From an uncultured Planctomycetia bacterium (GTDB lineage Bacteria > Omnitrophota > Gorgyraeia > Duberdicusellales > 4484-171), in the NCBI GenBank assembly GCA_964455085.1, contig CAYVYJ010000005.1, positions 21,239 to 85,238 of the forward strand: a stretch of DNA of 64,000 nucleotides, written 5' to 3'. Positions 44,478 to 54,585 of the stretch are shown in pieces; position 1 is the first letter of the stretch; the number at the start of each line of letters is the position of its first letter. Under the pieces are notes generated by a model. It saw only the letters and a list, made by a program, of their open reading frames with translations. It was not told the origin of the DNA and made no database searches. The translations under genes and the position numbers were made by a program.

Positions 44478-45743
44478 TTAATCTTGTTTCTGTCTGTCGA
44501 CAGCCAGCTGAGAATTTAAAAGCTGGGGTATAATTTCCGAAAGTGTGGGATGAATAAAAAGACATCTCTTCAAACTATCTAAGCTTAGATTATTCCTGAT
44601 ACAAAGGGAAAATATACTGATAAGCTCAGCCGAAGCCTGCGAGATTATCCCGGCACCAATAATCTTATTCCTTTTGTCAATAAGAACTTCAATCAAACCA
44701 TCAGTATCGCCATAAACATAGGCTGAAGAGAATCTCAGGAAATTTGACTTTATCAGCCTATATTTTATACTTCTAGTTTTAGCCTCCTCCTCTAATATTC
44801 CTACTTTAGCTAAACCAGGAGAAGAAAACACACACTCACTAAGTCCCCTATAGTCCTCTTTACGCTTCTTGCCCTTAATGTTGTTAATGCAGATACCGGC
44901 TTGATATTCTGCTACATAAGCAAGAAGTTTTCTGCCGGTAATATCACCACAAGCATAAATATTGTTGATATTTGTCCTTAAATACTTGTTGGTCGCAAGC
45001 CATCCTTGGGGACTCTTGGCTAAACCAATTGCTTCAGCTCCCAAACCCTCTAAATTAGGGACTCTTCCCACTGCTGAGATAACCAGATCAAAGTCACCTA
45101 AATTATAGCCATTAATGTCCTGACCGGTGGCAATATTTATTCCTTTTCTTTCTAAAATTACCCTCAGGCGCTGGGCCAGGTAAGGGTCAAAAGAAGGTAA
45201 GATCTGCTCTTCCTTTTCTACCAAATAAACACTCTTGCCAAACCCATGCAGCAGTGATGCGGTCTCTACACCAATATAACCGGCACCAATAATCAGAATC
45301 TTATCCCCCAAAGTTTCTTTAGAAAACATCTCCTCAGCAAAAATAACCCGGGGGTTTTTAAGGCTTGGCTTAGGAGAAGAACCAGTAGCAATGATAATAT
45401 TTTTTGCCTTTATAGTCTTACCAGCTACGACTAAACTATTTTTGTCTAAAAAACGTGCACTTCCCCAAACGATATCAATCCCTCGCGTCTCTAATAGCAT
45501 CAATAAGGATGACTTAATCTTTTTAGTAAGTGCCTGGCTCTCTTGAAAAGTATCCAGCCAGGTTTTGTGAGCCTGGGACGATTTAAGAAAAAACTTGGTA
45601 GGAATACAGCCTTTATTAAGACAAGTTCCACCTAAACTATTCTTTTCTTTTTCAATTAAAACTGTCCGTAACCCTGCTCTTATTGCTTCTTTAGCGCAGG
45701 CAACACCGGCAGCTCCACCACCAATTATTGCTAATTCATACAT
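44478..45743 (-). CDS. Class I pyridine nucleotide-disulfide oxidoreductase (dihydrolipoyl dehydrogenase-like)
   Basis: The FAD motif IIGGGAAG and the redox-active disulfide GGTCLNKGCIPTK are present. At 421 aa it is short. Confidence 0.7.
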   Translation of the reverse strand: MYELAIIGGGAAGVACAKEAIRAGLRTVLIEKEKNSLGGTCLNKGCIPTKFFLKSSQAHKTWLDTFQESQALTKKIKSSLLMLLETRGIDIVWGSARFLDKNSLVVAGKTIKAKNIIIATGSSPKPSLKNPRVIFAEEMFSKETLGDKILIIGAGYIGVETASLLHGFGKSVYLVEKEEQILPSFDPYLAQRLRVILERKGINIATGQDINGYNLGDFDLVISAVGRVPNLEGLGAEAIGLAKSPQGWLATNKYLRTNINNIYACGDITGRKLLAYVAEYQAGICINNIKGKKRKEDYRGLSECVFSSPGLAKVGILEEEAKTRSIKYRLIKSNFLRFSSAYVYGDTDGLIEVLIDKRNKIIGAGIISQASAELISIFSLCIRNNLSLDSLKRCLFIHPTLSEIIPQLLNSQLAVDRQKQD

Positions 45744-46654
45744 TGCTTAAAGAGTTTAGCGGCCTTTCTTAATTCTTTCTTCTCCTGGACGCTTAATTTA
45801 GTTTCCACAATTCTGTCGGCACCCTTGCGATTGATTATGCAGGGAACACCTAAGCAAATGTTATTTAACTCGTACTCACCTCGTAAGCGGACCGAGACCG
45901 GTATTATTACATTGGCATCTTTTATAATTGCTTCAATCAAGGAACAACAAGATAAGGCCGGAGCAAAGTTAGCGCTTTTATTTCTTAGGAACCCGACGAT
46001 TTCCGCTCCTCTCTGCTGAGTACGCTCTCGTATCAGTCTAGACTCCTTAGCCTTCAAAACTTTAGAAAGCTGTTTGCCTCTGACCTTTATTCTCTGTAGA
46101 GGCACAATCATATCTTTGCTGTGCGGTCCGTAAGCAAAACCTTCTAAAGAAGCTACCGGAACTTTGGTCGCCTTATAAAGAATATTAAGAAGACGGCTGG
46201 TATCTAAAGATGAACCCATCCCAATTACTCTCTGGCGCTTAAATCTAGTTTCACGGGCGATGAGGTAGGTGATAAAGTCTAAAGGGTTAGTTACTACGAT
46301 TACTATAGCAGCCGGCGCATACTTTTTTATTTTCTGGGATACATCTTTGGCAACTTGAGAATTAATCCTTAAAAGATCTAAACGGGTCATCCCTTTTTTC
46401 CGGGCAATACCGGCAGTAAATACTACTATGTCTGAATTCCTAATTAAAGAGTAGTCTTCTCCGCCCCTTATCCGGGTAGTAAAATTTAAAAACCCCCGGG
46501 TATCTTCTAAATCTAAACTAATTCCCTTAGCCAAGCCTTTAGAGATATCAACTAGGGCTAGCTCCCCGGGAGCCAGCCAGGCCAGAACATTAAAGGCTAA
46601 GCTTGAACCAACACCGCCGGTGCCGATTATAGATATTTTTTTGACTGCCTTCAC
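45731..46654 (-). CDS. mdh: Malate dehydrogenase (LDH-like family)
   Basis: IIGTGGVGSSLAF is present. AGIARKKGMTRLDL carries Arg at the substrate-specificity position, which indicates MDH rather than LDH. Confidence 0.8.
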   Translation of the reverse strand: MKAVKKISIIGTGGVGSSLAFNVLAWLAPGELALVDISKGLAKGISLDLEDTRGFLNFTTRIRGGEDYSLIRNSDIVVFTAGIARKKGMTRLDLLRINSQVAKDVSQKIKKYAPAAIVIVVTNPLDFITYLIARETRFKRQRVIGMGSSLDTSRLLNILYKATKVPVASLEGFAYGPHSKDMIVPLQRIKVRGKQLSKVLKAKESRLIRERTQQRGAEIVGFLRNKSANFAPALSCCSLIEAIIKDANVIIPVSVRLRGEYELNNICLGVPCIINRKGADRIVETKLSVQEKKELRKAAKLFKQCMN

Positions 46655-47745
46655 TTTTGTAGCTCCTTAACCCTCTGAACAATTGCCAAAGCAGCTTCTT
46701 TAGTTCCTACGGCAGTAGGGTCGTCTCGGGTCGGTTTAAGATCATAGGTTACAGCCAGGCCCTCCCTGATTACGTCCGCGATAGCTGTTTCTAAAATTTT
46801 TGCTGACCTTTGCTCACCAATATGTTTAAGCATCAGGCAAGCCGAAAGGATAGTAGCAATAGGATTCACCCGGTTTTTACCGCGATACTTAGGTGCACTG
46901 CCGTGAGTTGGCTCAAAAACAGCTATTTTTTCCCCGATATTGGCTCCGGCAGCTAACCCTAACCCGCCAATGAGCCCTGCACTTAAATCGGAAATTATAT
47001 CCCCGTACAAATTAGGTAAGACTAAAATATCAAAATTCTCGGGCCGTTTAGTCAGCTGCATTGATAAATTATCAACGATAACGTCATTGACTTCAACCCT
47101 TCCAGCATATTTTTTGGCTACTGCATAAAAAGTACTTAAAAATAAACCATCTGTATACTTCATTATGTTGGCTTTATGCACACAGCTCACTTTCTTTCTA
47201 TTATTCTTTATGGCATAGTCAAAAGCAAACCGGGAAATTCGCTCCGATGCAAAGTGCGATATCGGCTTAATCGATAGAGCGCTGCCCTTACGAATCTTTT
47301 TTTCGGATAAAGAATTCAATAATTTAATTATTTTTTCAGTCTGAGGATTATTATCAGCAAACTCGATTCCAGCATAAAGATCTTCAGTGTTTTCCCGCAT
47401 TATTATCATATCCACATTTTTGTGGAAAGCAGTAGGGATACTAAAAGATTTAACTGGCCGCATACAGACATAAAGCTCAAATATTTGTCTTATAGCAACA
47501 TTAACCGAACGGAATCCTTTACCTACCGGAGTGGTAATCGGACCTTTAAGGGCAACTTTGTTCTTAGCTATGGAAGCTAAAGTTTCATCGGGAAGTAGTT
47601 TTCCGTAAGCTTTCAAAGCACACTCACCGGCATCAACTCTCTCCCACTTAATATCTACACCTAAAGCTTCAATACAGCTTAGGGCCGCATCAGTTACTTC
47701 CGGGCCAATACCGTCACCGGGAATTAAGGTAATTTTATAACTCAT
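46651..47745 (-). CDS. Isocitrate/isopropylmalate dehydrogenase-family enzyme (probably iso/homoisocitrate dehydrogenase)
   Basis: The N-terminus ITLIPGDGIGPEV is typical of the family. The GSAPKYRGKNRVNP motif is closer to Icd (TAPKYAGQDKVNP) than to LeuB. Confidence 0.7.
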   Translation of the reverse strand: MSYKITLIPGDGIGPEVTDAALSCIEALGVDIKWERVDAGECALKAYGKLLPDETLASIAKNKVALKGPITTPVGKGFRSVNVAIRQIFELYVCMRPVKSFSIPTAFHKNVDMIIMRENTEDLYAGIEFADNNPQTEKIIKLLNSLSEKKIRKGSALSIKPISHFASERISRFAFDYAIKNNRKKVSCVHKANIMKYTDGLFLSTFYAVAKKYAGRVEVNDVIVDNLSMQLTKRPENFDILVLPNLYGDIISDLSAGLIGGLGLAAGANIGEKIAVFEPTHGSAPKYRGKNRVNPIATILSACLMLKHIGEQRSAKILETAIADVIREGLAVTYDLKPTRDDPTAVGTKEAALAIVQRVKELQK

Positions 47746-47757
47746 AGTTAACCTACT

Positions 47758-48249
47758 TTAAAAACCTTTGTTTTTTTTAAGATAACTTAAAATTCCCCCA
47801 GATTTAATTAATTCTTTACGAAACTTATCCCAAGGTTTAAACTTTATCGAACTCCCCCCTTCTTTCCTAATTACCCCTTTATCAAAATCAATACTTATGG
47901 TTTCCTTCTCTTTTAAAGAAGAGGTATCAGCCTCTATTAGAGCCAAGCCAATATTGAAAGCATTACGGTAGAAGATCCGGGCAAAACTCTTTGCTATTAC
48001 GCAAATTACTCCCGCCTCTTTTATAACCCAAGGAGCTTGTTCCCGCGAAGAACCCATGCCAAAATTCTCTCCGGCAACGATTATTGATTTACCGGAAATT
48101 AACTCCTGGTAAAAGTTTGGCCGAATATCCTCGAAAAGATATTGAGAAAGTTTCTTCATGTCAGTGATTGAAAACTTATACCTTCCCGAAATTATCCAGT
48201 CAGTATTAATATTATCGCCAAACTTAAATACTCGACCCTTTAAAACCAT
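47758..48249 (-). CDS. leuD: 3-isopropylmalate/homoaconitate dehydratase small subunit (LeuD-like, short form)
   Basis: 163 aa. [16 protein letters not shown] is present. Confidence 0.75.
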   Translation of the reverse strand: MVLKGRVFKFGDNINTDWIISGRYKFSITDMKKLSQYLFEDIRPNFYQELISGKSIIVAGENFGMGSSREQAPWVIKEAGVICVIAKSFARIFYRNAFNIGLALIEADTSSLKEKETISIDFDKGVIRKEGGSSIKFKPWDKFRKELIKSGGILSYLKKNKGF

Positions 48250-48251
48250 AA

Positions 48252-49301
48252 TTATAAACTATCAAATTCGCTGATACTCTTAACTTTTCCCAGCGCAGTA
48301 TCTTTGGTGATAATGCCTTTTTTATAGAGCATTTTTAGAGATTTATCCATAGCATGCATTCCCTGTCGAGCTCCCATCTGAAGCAAAGAAGGCATCTGTG
48401 CGATATCATTTTCCCTGATTAAATTTCGTATCCCAGGAGTCGAAACCATAACTTCTGTTGCCAAAATTCTCCCCTTAGTATCAGCCCGGGGAACCAACAC
48501 CTGAGAAATTACCCCTTGCAGACATTCAGCAAGCTGAACAGTAACTTGCCGCTGCTGGTGGGGAGGAAAAACATCGATTATTCTTTGAATAGTCTGAGGT
48601 GCATCAGGCGTATGCAAAGTAGCTAAAACTAAATGCCCGGTCTCAGCAGCAGTAAGGGTAGTAGCAATCGTGCTTAAATCCCTCATCTCGCCTACAACGA
48701 TTACATCCGGGTCCTGGCGAAGGGTTCTTTTTAAAGCCTCGGGAAAAGAATGAGTATCGGAATATAGCTCGCGTTGCTTTATGATGCTCTTATTATTAGT
48801 GTAAATAAATTCAAGCGGATCTTCAATGCAAACAATTAACTCTTGACGTGATTCATTAATAAAATTAATCATTGCAGCCAAGGTTGTACTCTTGCCGGTT
48901 CCTGTGGGTCCGGTAACCAAAACTAAACCGTTGGGTTTTTGAATAAAATCATAAACTACATCCGGCAATCCCAACTCATCAATCACCGGAAGCTTTCGGG
49001 GAACCCGCCTTAGAGCTGCTTCAGTATTGCCCTTTTGAAGATGAATATTTACTCTGAACCGATCCATATTCTGCAAGGAGAAAGAAAAATCTAATTCTTT
49101 ATCCCGCTCAAAAATAGCTTTTTGTTCATCGTTCAACATACTGTAGACTAAATTCCTGGTTGCTTCCTTATCCAAAGCAGGTGAATCAACAACCGTAAGC
49201 TCCCCGTCGATACGCAATACTGGCGAATTATCCACAGTTATATGCAAATCACTGGCACCCTTCTCTTGGGCCATTTTAAGTAAAGCAGCCATATTGGCCA
49301 T
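48252..49301 (-). CDS. pilT: Type IV pilus retraction ATPase PilT
   Basis: Walker A GPTGTGKSTT is present and the length is 349 aa. Confidence 0.8.
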   Translation of the reverse strand: MANMAALLKMAQEKGASDLHITVDNSPVLRIDGELTVVDSPALDKEATRNLVYSMLNDEQKAIFERDKELDFSFSLQNMDRFRVNIHLQKGNTEAALRRVPRKLPVIDELGLPDVVYDFIQKPNGLVLVTGPTGTGKSTTLAAMINFINESRQELIVCIEDPLEFIYTNNKSIIKQRELYSDTHSFPEALKRTLRQDPDVIVVGEMRDLSTIATTLTAAETGHLVLATLHTPDAPQTIQRIIDVFPPHQQRQVTVQLAECLQGVISQVLVPRADTKGRILATEVMVSTPGIRNLIRENDIAQMPSLLQMGARQGMHAMDKSLKMLYKKGIITKDTALGKVKSISEFDSL

Positions 49302-49366
49302 CTTATTTACCTCCTTTGCTTATTTCTCTTATATCTTACTTATAAAATACAAAAACACTAGTAAAT

Positions 49367-50617
49367 TTACAAATATTTCCTCGGATCAGCAATCTTCCCC
49401 TTTATCGCCGAAGCCACGACTGTCGCCGGTGAAGCAAGATAAATAAAACTTTTGGGATTGCCCATCCGGCCTTTGAAATTCCGATTAGCTGTAGAAATTG
49501 TCACCTCTTTATCGGCCGGTACCCCCTGGTGTGTCCCCACACAAGGACCACAGCCAACCGGCAAAATGATTGCTCCGGCTTCAATAAATACTTTTATTAT
49601 ACCTTTGCGCAAAGCCGTTAAAAAAATCTCCCTTGAAGCCGGTGCGACTAACAATTTGATATCCCTGTGCACCTTTTTGCCCTTTATAATTTTAGCTCCA
49701 ATTTCTAAATCTTCTAAGCGGCCGTTAGTACAGGTACCTAAAAAAGCCTGATTAATCTTCACGCCTTCAACTTCTTCAACAGAAGCTCCATTATCTACCG
49801 AGTGTGGTTTCGCCACCCGTGGTGATAGCTTAGAGAAATCAAACTCAATCTCTTTCTCATAAATACAATTCTTATCAGGATAAACCGGCTGGTACCTCCT
49901 TTGCAGACGTTTTTTAAGAAATGCTAAAACTTTTTTATCCGGTGCGATCAAGCCACACTTGGCGCCAAACTCAATAGTCATATTAGTGATAGTAAATCTT
50001 GCATCTAAAGATAATCCTTCAATCACCTCGCCAGAGAACTCGACCGACTTATAAGTTGCCCCGTTAGCGCCAAGATTGTTGATAATGTTAAGAATAATAT
50101 CCTTGCTGTAAACTCCCTTGGGTAGCTTACCCTTGATAATTATTTTTTGAGTCGGAGGAACTTTAAACCAATTCTTGCCGGTAGTAAGGGCAACAGCTAA
50201 ATCAGTAGAACCAACTCCCAAGCTAGCCGCGCCGATTGCGCCGGCAGTTGAGGTATGAGAGTCAGCCCCCAGGATAAGTGCTCCTGGCCAGGCAAATCCT
50301 TGTTCAATTACTAATTGGTGAGATATCCCGCAACCAACATCGAACAATAAATTTTTATTTTTCTTTGCAAACTTACGCATCTGGGAGTGAATTCTCGATA
50401 CTCCCAGATTCGGAGAGGGGCTACTGTGATCAATGAACATAGCGTATTTTTTAGGTTTAAGAAGAGTTTTTTTTGATTCACTAATGCTGTCCAAAACCAA
50501 TGAAGTTGTTCCATCCTGAGAAAAACAAAAATCAACCTTACATATCCCTACATCATCTGCACGCAAAGAAGAGTTTGCATGGCGGGAAAGTATCTTTTCG
50601 ATTATTGTCTTAGGCAT
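49367..50617 (-). CDS. leuC: Aconitase-family dehydratase large subunit (LeuC-like, short type)
   Basis: 416 aa. GIxHQ (CGISHQLVIEQG), GADSHT and the FeS cysteines PVGCGPCVG are present. Confidence 0.75.
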   Translation of the reverse strand: MPKTIIEKILSRHANSSLRADDVGICKVDFCFSQDGTTSLVLDSISESKKTLLKPKKYAMFIDHSSPSPNLGVSRIHSQMRKFAKKNKNLLFDVGCGISHQLVIEQGFAWPGALILGADSHTSTAGAIGAASLGVGSTDLAVALTTGKNWFKVPPTQKIIIKGKLPKGVYSKDIILNIINNLGANGATYKSVEFSGEVIEGLSLDARFTITNMTIEFGAKCGLIAPDKKVLAFLKKRLQRRYQPVYPDKNCIYEKEIEFDFSKLSPRVAKPHSVDNGASVEEVEGVKINQAFLGTCTNGRLEDLEIGAKIIKGKKVHRDIKLLVAPASREIFLTALRKGIIKVFIEAGAIILPVGCGPCVGTHQGVPADKEVTISTANRNFKGRMGNPKSFIYLASPATVVASAIKGKIADPRKYL

Positions 50618-50632
50618 ATCTTGAATATCTAG

Positions 50633-51787
50633 TTACAACTCTTTTAAAAACTTTCCTATTCGCTCAATACCCTTGGCAATTTGCTCCAGGGAAGTTGAGA
50701 AACTAAGACGCACATATCCCTCTTGCCCAAAAGCATCGGCAGGTATACAAGAAATGAGTGCCTCTTCTAACAGTTTAGTCGAAAAATCAAAAGATTTCAT
50801 TCCAGTTCCACGGATATCGCAAAACATATAAAATGTACCTTGAGGCTTAAGCGGTTCCAACTCACTAAACCCTGATAAACCTTCCCATAAAACATCACGC
50901 CTTTTCTGGAATTTACTCCTTATTTCGTCTTGCCATTGATCGTTACCAAAAGCAGCTAGAGCTGCACTCTGAGATATGGAAGATGCACAAGAAGTAGTAT
51001 GATCGATTATTTTTGAAGCCTGATCAATTATTTTTTGATCTCCGGCCAAATAACCAATACGCCAGCCGGTCATCGAAAATGTCTTTGAGAAACCATTTAT
51101 AGTTATAGTTGAGGTGAATGCCTCCGGTAAAGCGGCAAAACTTATGTGTTTACGGCCATCATAAGTTAGAACTTCATAAATCTCGTCACTAAGAACAAAA
51201 ATATTGTTCTCTTTAACTACTTTTAAAATATCCTCTAATTCCTGGCCAGAATAAGTTGCTCCGGTAGGGTTACTGGGATAGTTAAGAATTAAAAGCTTAG
51301 TTTTAGTGGTTATAACTTTTTTTAACTCTTCCTTATCAATCTTAAAGTTATCTGAACTCTTAGTTGGCAAGAACACTGCTTTTGCCCTGGCTAACTTAGC
51401 AATCTGTGGGTAACTTACCCAGTAAGGCGCAGGAATTATTACCTCATCACCAGGGGCCAGGAGAGTAAACATGGCAGTAAATATTGCATATTTTGCTCCT
51501 GAAGTAACAATTATATTACTAGCGGAAGTCTTGATCTTATTCTCCCGCTGTAACTTAGCAGCTATTGCTTCTTTTAGCTCAACTCTTCCAGCTGAAGGGG
51601 TATACTTGGTGAGCCCTTGATCAATGGCGGCTTTAGCTGCATCTTTCGCAAAAGAAGGAGTATCAAAGTCTGGTTCACCGGCAGCAAAATTTACCACATC
51701 TTTGCCTTCGCGGATTAATTTCTTGGTTAGGGCGGTTATCTTTAAGGTAGCAGACTTATCAAGTGATGAAACATGAGGGTTAATCAT
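50633..51787 (-). CDS. Class I/II PLP-dependent aminotransferase (aspartate aminotransferase-like)
   Basis: 384 aa with the GFSKTFSMTGWRIGY lysine region. Confidence 0.8.
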   Translation of the reverse strand: MINPHVSSLDKSATLKITALTKKLIREGKDVVNFAAGEPDFDTPSFAKDAAKAAIDQGLTKYTPSAGRVELKEAIAAKLQRENKIKTSASNIIVTSGAKYAIFTAMFTLLAPGDEVIIPAPYWVSYPQIAKLARAKAVFLPTKSSDNFKIDKEELKKVITTKTKLLILNYPSNPTGATYSGQELEDILKVVKENNIFVLSDEIYEVLTYDGRKHISFAALPEAFTSTITINGFSKTFSMTGWRIGYLAGDQKIIDQASKIIDHTTSCASSISQSAALAAFGNDQWQDEIRSKFQKRRDVLWEGLSGFSELEPLKPQGTFYMFCDIRGTGMKSFDFSTKLLEEALISCIPADAFGQEGYVRLSFSTSLEQIAKGIERIGKFLKEL

Positions 51788-51839
51788 TGTTATCCTCCCT
51801 TATCAACTATTATTCCAAGGTTAAACACCTACCTGGTTT

Positions 51840-52376
51840 CTAAAGAGCATCTCTTTCTTTTTTAAAGATCTTTCTTACTCCGGAAACAAACCCCTTCTTG
51901 GGTTTTTCAACTTTCTTGGGAGGAATTCTTTCGTGCTTTTCTTCTTTAGGGGTTTCTGCACTCTCAGTATCTTTGGGTTTGCCCCCACTAATCTTTTTCT
52001 TATTTACCTTCTCTTTCTTTACAATCTTTGTTAACTCAATAAGGGAAAGGGAAGCTCCATCACCCTTACGGTTACCCATCCGTAATATCCGGGTATATCC
52101 ACCATTTATGCCTTTAAAACGTGGCCCGATATCATTAAAAAGCCTCTTTACCAGAGCATGGTCTTCCAAGAGACGATAGACTAAGCGCTTACTGGATAAA
52201 GTTCCTTTTTTAGCCCAAGTAATCAGCTTATCAATCTGGCCTCTTATGTACTTAGCCCGAGAGGTGGTGGTAATTATCCGCTCATTGATAACTAAAGCTC
52301 TTATCAACGATTTAACTAAGGCTTTTTTCTGGGCCCGTGGACGCGAGAGTCTTTCACTTTTCTTTCTGTGTCTCAT
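51840..52376 (-). CDS. rplQ: 50S ribosomal protein L17 with a Lys/Glu-rich C-terminal extension of about 55 aa
   Basis: The L17 core occupies the first 120 aa; a charged tail, PKDTESAETPKEEKHERIPPKKVEKPKK, follows. Confidence 0.85.
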   Translation of the reverse strand: MRHRKKSERLSRPRAQKKALVKSLIRALVINERIITTTSRAKYIRGQIDKLITWAKKGTLSSKRLVYRLLEDHALVKRLFNDIGPRFKGINGGYTRILRMGNRKGDGASLSLIELTKIVKKEKVNKKKISGGKPKDTESAETPKEEKHERIPPKKVEKPKKGFVSGVRKIFKKERDAL

Positions 52377-53359
52377 ACCATATTCAGTTTATTCCGATCG
52401 ATTTTTGTTCCTAAAGAAAGTCCCATAGTCTTAAGAAGCGCCGCAACTTCATTTAGAGACTTTTTACCGAAGTTTCTGTAAGCTAGAATCTCCGGCTCTG
52501 TCTTCTCTACCAAATCAACTAAAGTCTTGATATTCGCCTCACGTAAGCAATTATTGCTACGCACCGATAACTCTAGCTCGGAAACCGGAAGCTTCAGCTT
52601 CTCATAAAGAGAAACTTCTTCCGGGGTCAATTCTTCATACTCTTCTTCGGGAAGTTCACCAAGTGTGAAGAAAAGTTCTAAGTGCTTATTCATTGCCTTT
52701 GCCGCATAGATTAAAGCTTCTTTGGGTTCAATACTGGCATTAGTAAAAATTTCTAAAATTAGCTTATCATAGTCGGTTCGTTTACCTACGCGGGTATTTT
52801 CGACCTTAAAAGCTATTCTCTTAACTGGAGTAAAAATAGAATCAATAGGAATAACCCCCAAAGGCATTCCTTCACGTTTGTTAACCTCAGCCGGAACAAA
52901 CCCTCGCCCTCTACCTACTTCCATCTCAATATTGAGTTTAGCTTTCTTGGAAGTAATGGTCGCGATATGTAAATCGGGATTTATAACTTCTGTGGTTTCG
53001 TCGGTTATTATATCTTTGGCCTTTATTTCCTTAACACCCTCTTCCTTGATATGAATCTTCTTGGGAGAACGTGAGTAGGACCGTAAAACAAGATTCTTGA
53101 TATTCAGAATAATCTCCGGGATGTCCTCCAAAACTCCCTCTACGGCTGAGAACTCATGAGATACCCCCTCTATTCTCACTGAAGTTACTGCCGCACCCTC
53201 GATTGAAGAAAGGAGAATTCTCCTTAAGGTATTGCCTAAAGTTACCCCGTAACCCCTTTCCAGTGGCTCAGCAATGATTTTACCGTAATCAGGCCTATAT
53301 GACTCTTGATCAACTACAATTCGCTTAGGAAATTGAAAATCCCGCCAGGTTATTCCCAT
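52373..53359 (-). CDS. rpoA: DNA-directed RNA polymerase alpha subunit
   Basis: 328 aa with NTD and CTD (ELSVRSNNCL). Confidence 0.9.
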   Translation of the reverse strand: MGITWRDFQFPKRIVVDQESYRPDYGKIIAEPLERGYGVTLGNTLRRILLSSIEGAAVTSVRIEGVSHEFSAVEGVLEDIPEIILNIKNLVLRSYSRSPKKIHIKEEGVKEIKAKDIITDETTEVINPDLHIATITSKKAKLNIEMEVGRGRGFVPAEVNKREGMPLGVIPIDSIFTPVKRIAFKVENTRVGKRTDYDKLILEIFTNASIEPKEALIYAAKAMNKHLELFFTLGELPEEEYEELTPEEVSLYEKLKLPVSELELSVRSNNCLREANIKTLVDLVEKTEPEILAYRNFGKKSLNEVAALLKTMGLSLGTKIDRNKLNMV

Positions 53360-53460
53360 CGTTTACCTCCTCAATGAGACTTACATTTTTTTACTAAAAA
53401 ATGTTTAGTCGAATTGATACTGCGGTCATGAAATGACCGAAGTATCTTTATTTTTTCTAT

Positions 53461-54093
53461 CTACTTAGAATAAAGCTCCACGATTAATTGCTCATCAACC
53501 GCGATAACTAAATCTTCCTTTTCCGGAAAACGTATAATCTTTATCTTAAGATTATTCTTATCGACCTGCATCCAGGTAGGAACGCTTCTTTCTTTTGAGT
53601 TTATCTCAACACCTTCCTTTAAACCTGTTTTTATGCTGTCTTTTGCTCTTATCACAACAGTTTGGCCCTCCTTAACTATATATGACGGTATATTTACTCT
53701 CTTCCCGTCAATAAACACAAACCCATGCTGCACCACCTGCCGGGCATGGTTGCGCGAAAAGGCAAAAAGTGAACGATAAATAACATTGTCTAATCGTCTC
53801 TCTAGTAATTGAATCAATACTCTACCGGTAACTCCCCGGGTTTTATGGGCCATCATAAAAAATCGCTTAAATTGTCTCTCAAGCATCCCATAGATTCTCT
53901 TTACCTTCTGCTTTTCTTTCAACTGCAAAGCATAGTTGGTTGGTTTTGACCGAAATCGGCGGGTAGAAGTCCCCGGAGGTGCAGGGCGCTTAGCGAATGC
54001 GCACTTTTCTGTTATACATCTAGGCCCTTTTAAAAATAACTTCGCCCCGGCTCTACGGCATAATCGGCATTTCGCGTCGACATATCTTCCCAT
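53461..54093 (-). CDS. rpsD: 30S ribosomal protein S4
   Basis: Alpha-operon position; RYVDAKCRLCRR N-terminus. Confidence 0.9.
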   Translation of the reverse strand: MGRYVDAKCRLCRRAGAKLFLKGPRCITEKCAFAKRPAPPGTSTRRFRSKPTNYALQLKEKQKVKRIYGMLERQFKRFFMMAHKTRGVTGRVLIQLLERRLDNVIYRSLFAFSRNHARQVVQHGFVFIDGKRVNIPSYIVKEGQTVVIRAKDSIKTGLKEGVEINSKERSVPTWMQVDKNNLKIKIIRFPEKEDLVIAVDEQLIVELYSK

Positions 54094-54177
54094 TTTTATC
54101 TTTTCTCCTAATTTACCTGATTGTGCTCAAAACATACTTGTGCCCATGAGGGTATAACTTACGCTTTAAAACTGTTA

Positions 54178-54570
54178 TTAGACCCTCCGCTTCTTCTTTG
54201 GTCTACATCCATTATGCGGCATAGGAGTAATATCCTTTATTTTTTTCACGCTTAAACCGGCAGCCTGTAAAGACCTGATTGCTGATTCTCTCCCCGGACC
54301 AGGCCCTTTAACTAAGACTTCTAATTCTCTCAATCCCATCTCTCTAGCCTGTTTAGCAGCATTTAAAGAAGCAAGCTGGGCGGCATAAGGAGTAGATTTT
54401 TTAGCCCCTTTGAATCCTACTGCTCCAGCTGAAGACCAAGTCAAAACATTTCCCTTTAAGTCAGTTATTGAAACTATTGTATTGTTAAAGGTAGCTTTAA
54501 TGTGAGCTATCCCGATATTAGATAAGAGTGGTGCCTTTTTCTTTCTGTCTTTTTTCTTCTTTTTTGCCAT
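54178..54570 (-). CDS. rpsK: 30S ribosomal protein S11
   Basis: S11 core with a Lys-rich N-terminus. Confidence 0.9.
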   Translation of the reverse strand: MAKKKKKDRKKKAPLLSNIGIAHIKATFNNTIVSITDLKGNVLTWSSAGAVGFKGAKKSTPYAAQLASLNAAKQAREMGLRELEVLVKGPGPGRESAIRSLQAAGLSVKKIKDITPMPHNGCRPKKKRRV

Positions 54571-54585
54571 TTTTTACTCCTAATA

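Noticed and set aside
51788-51839. Hairpin aaagagcatctcttt followed by a T-run as a terminator downstream of rplQ
   Set aside because: The T-tract follows the hairpin only on the plus strand. On the coding (minus) strand the hairpin is preceded by an A-tract instead, so it is not an intrinsic terminator for rplQ.
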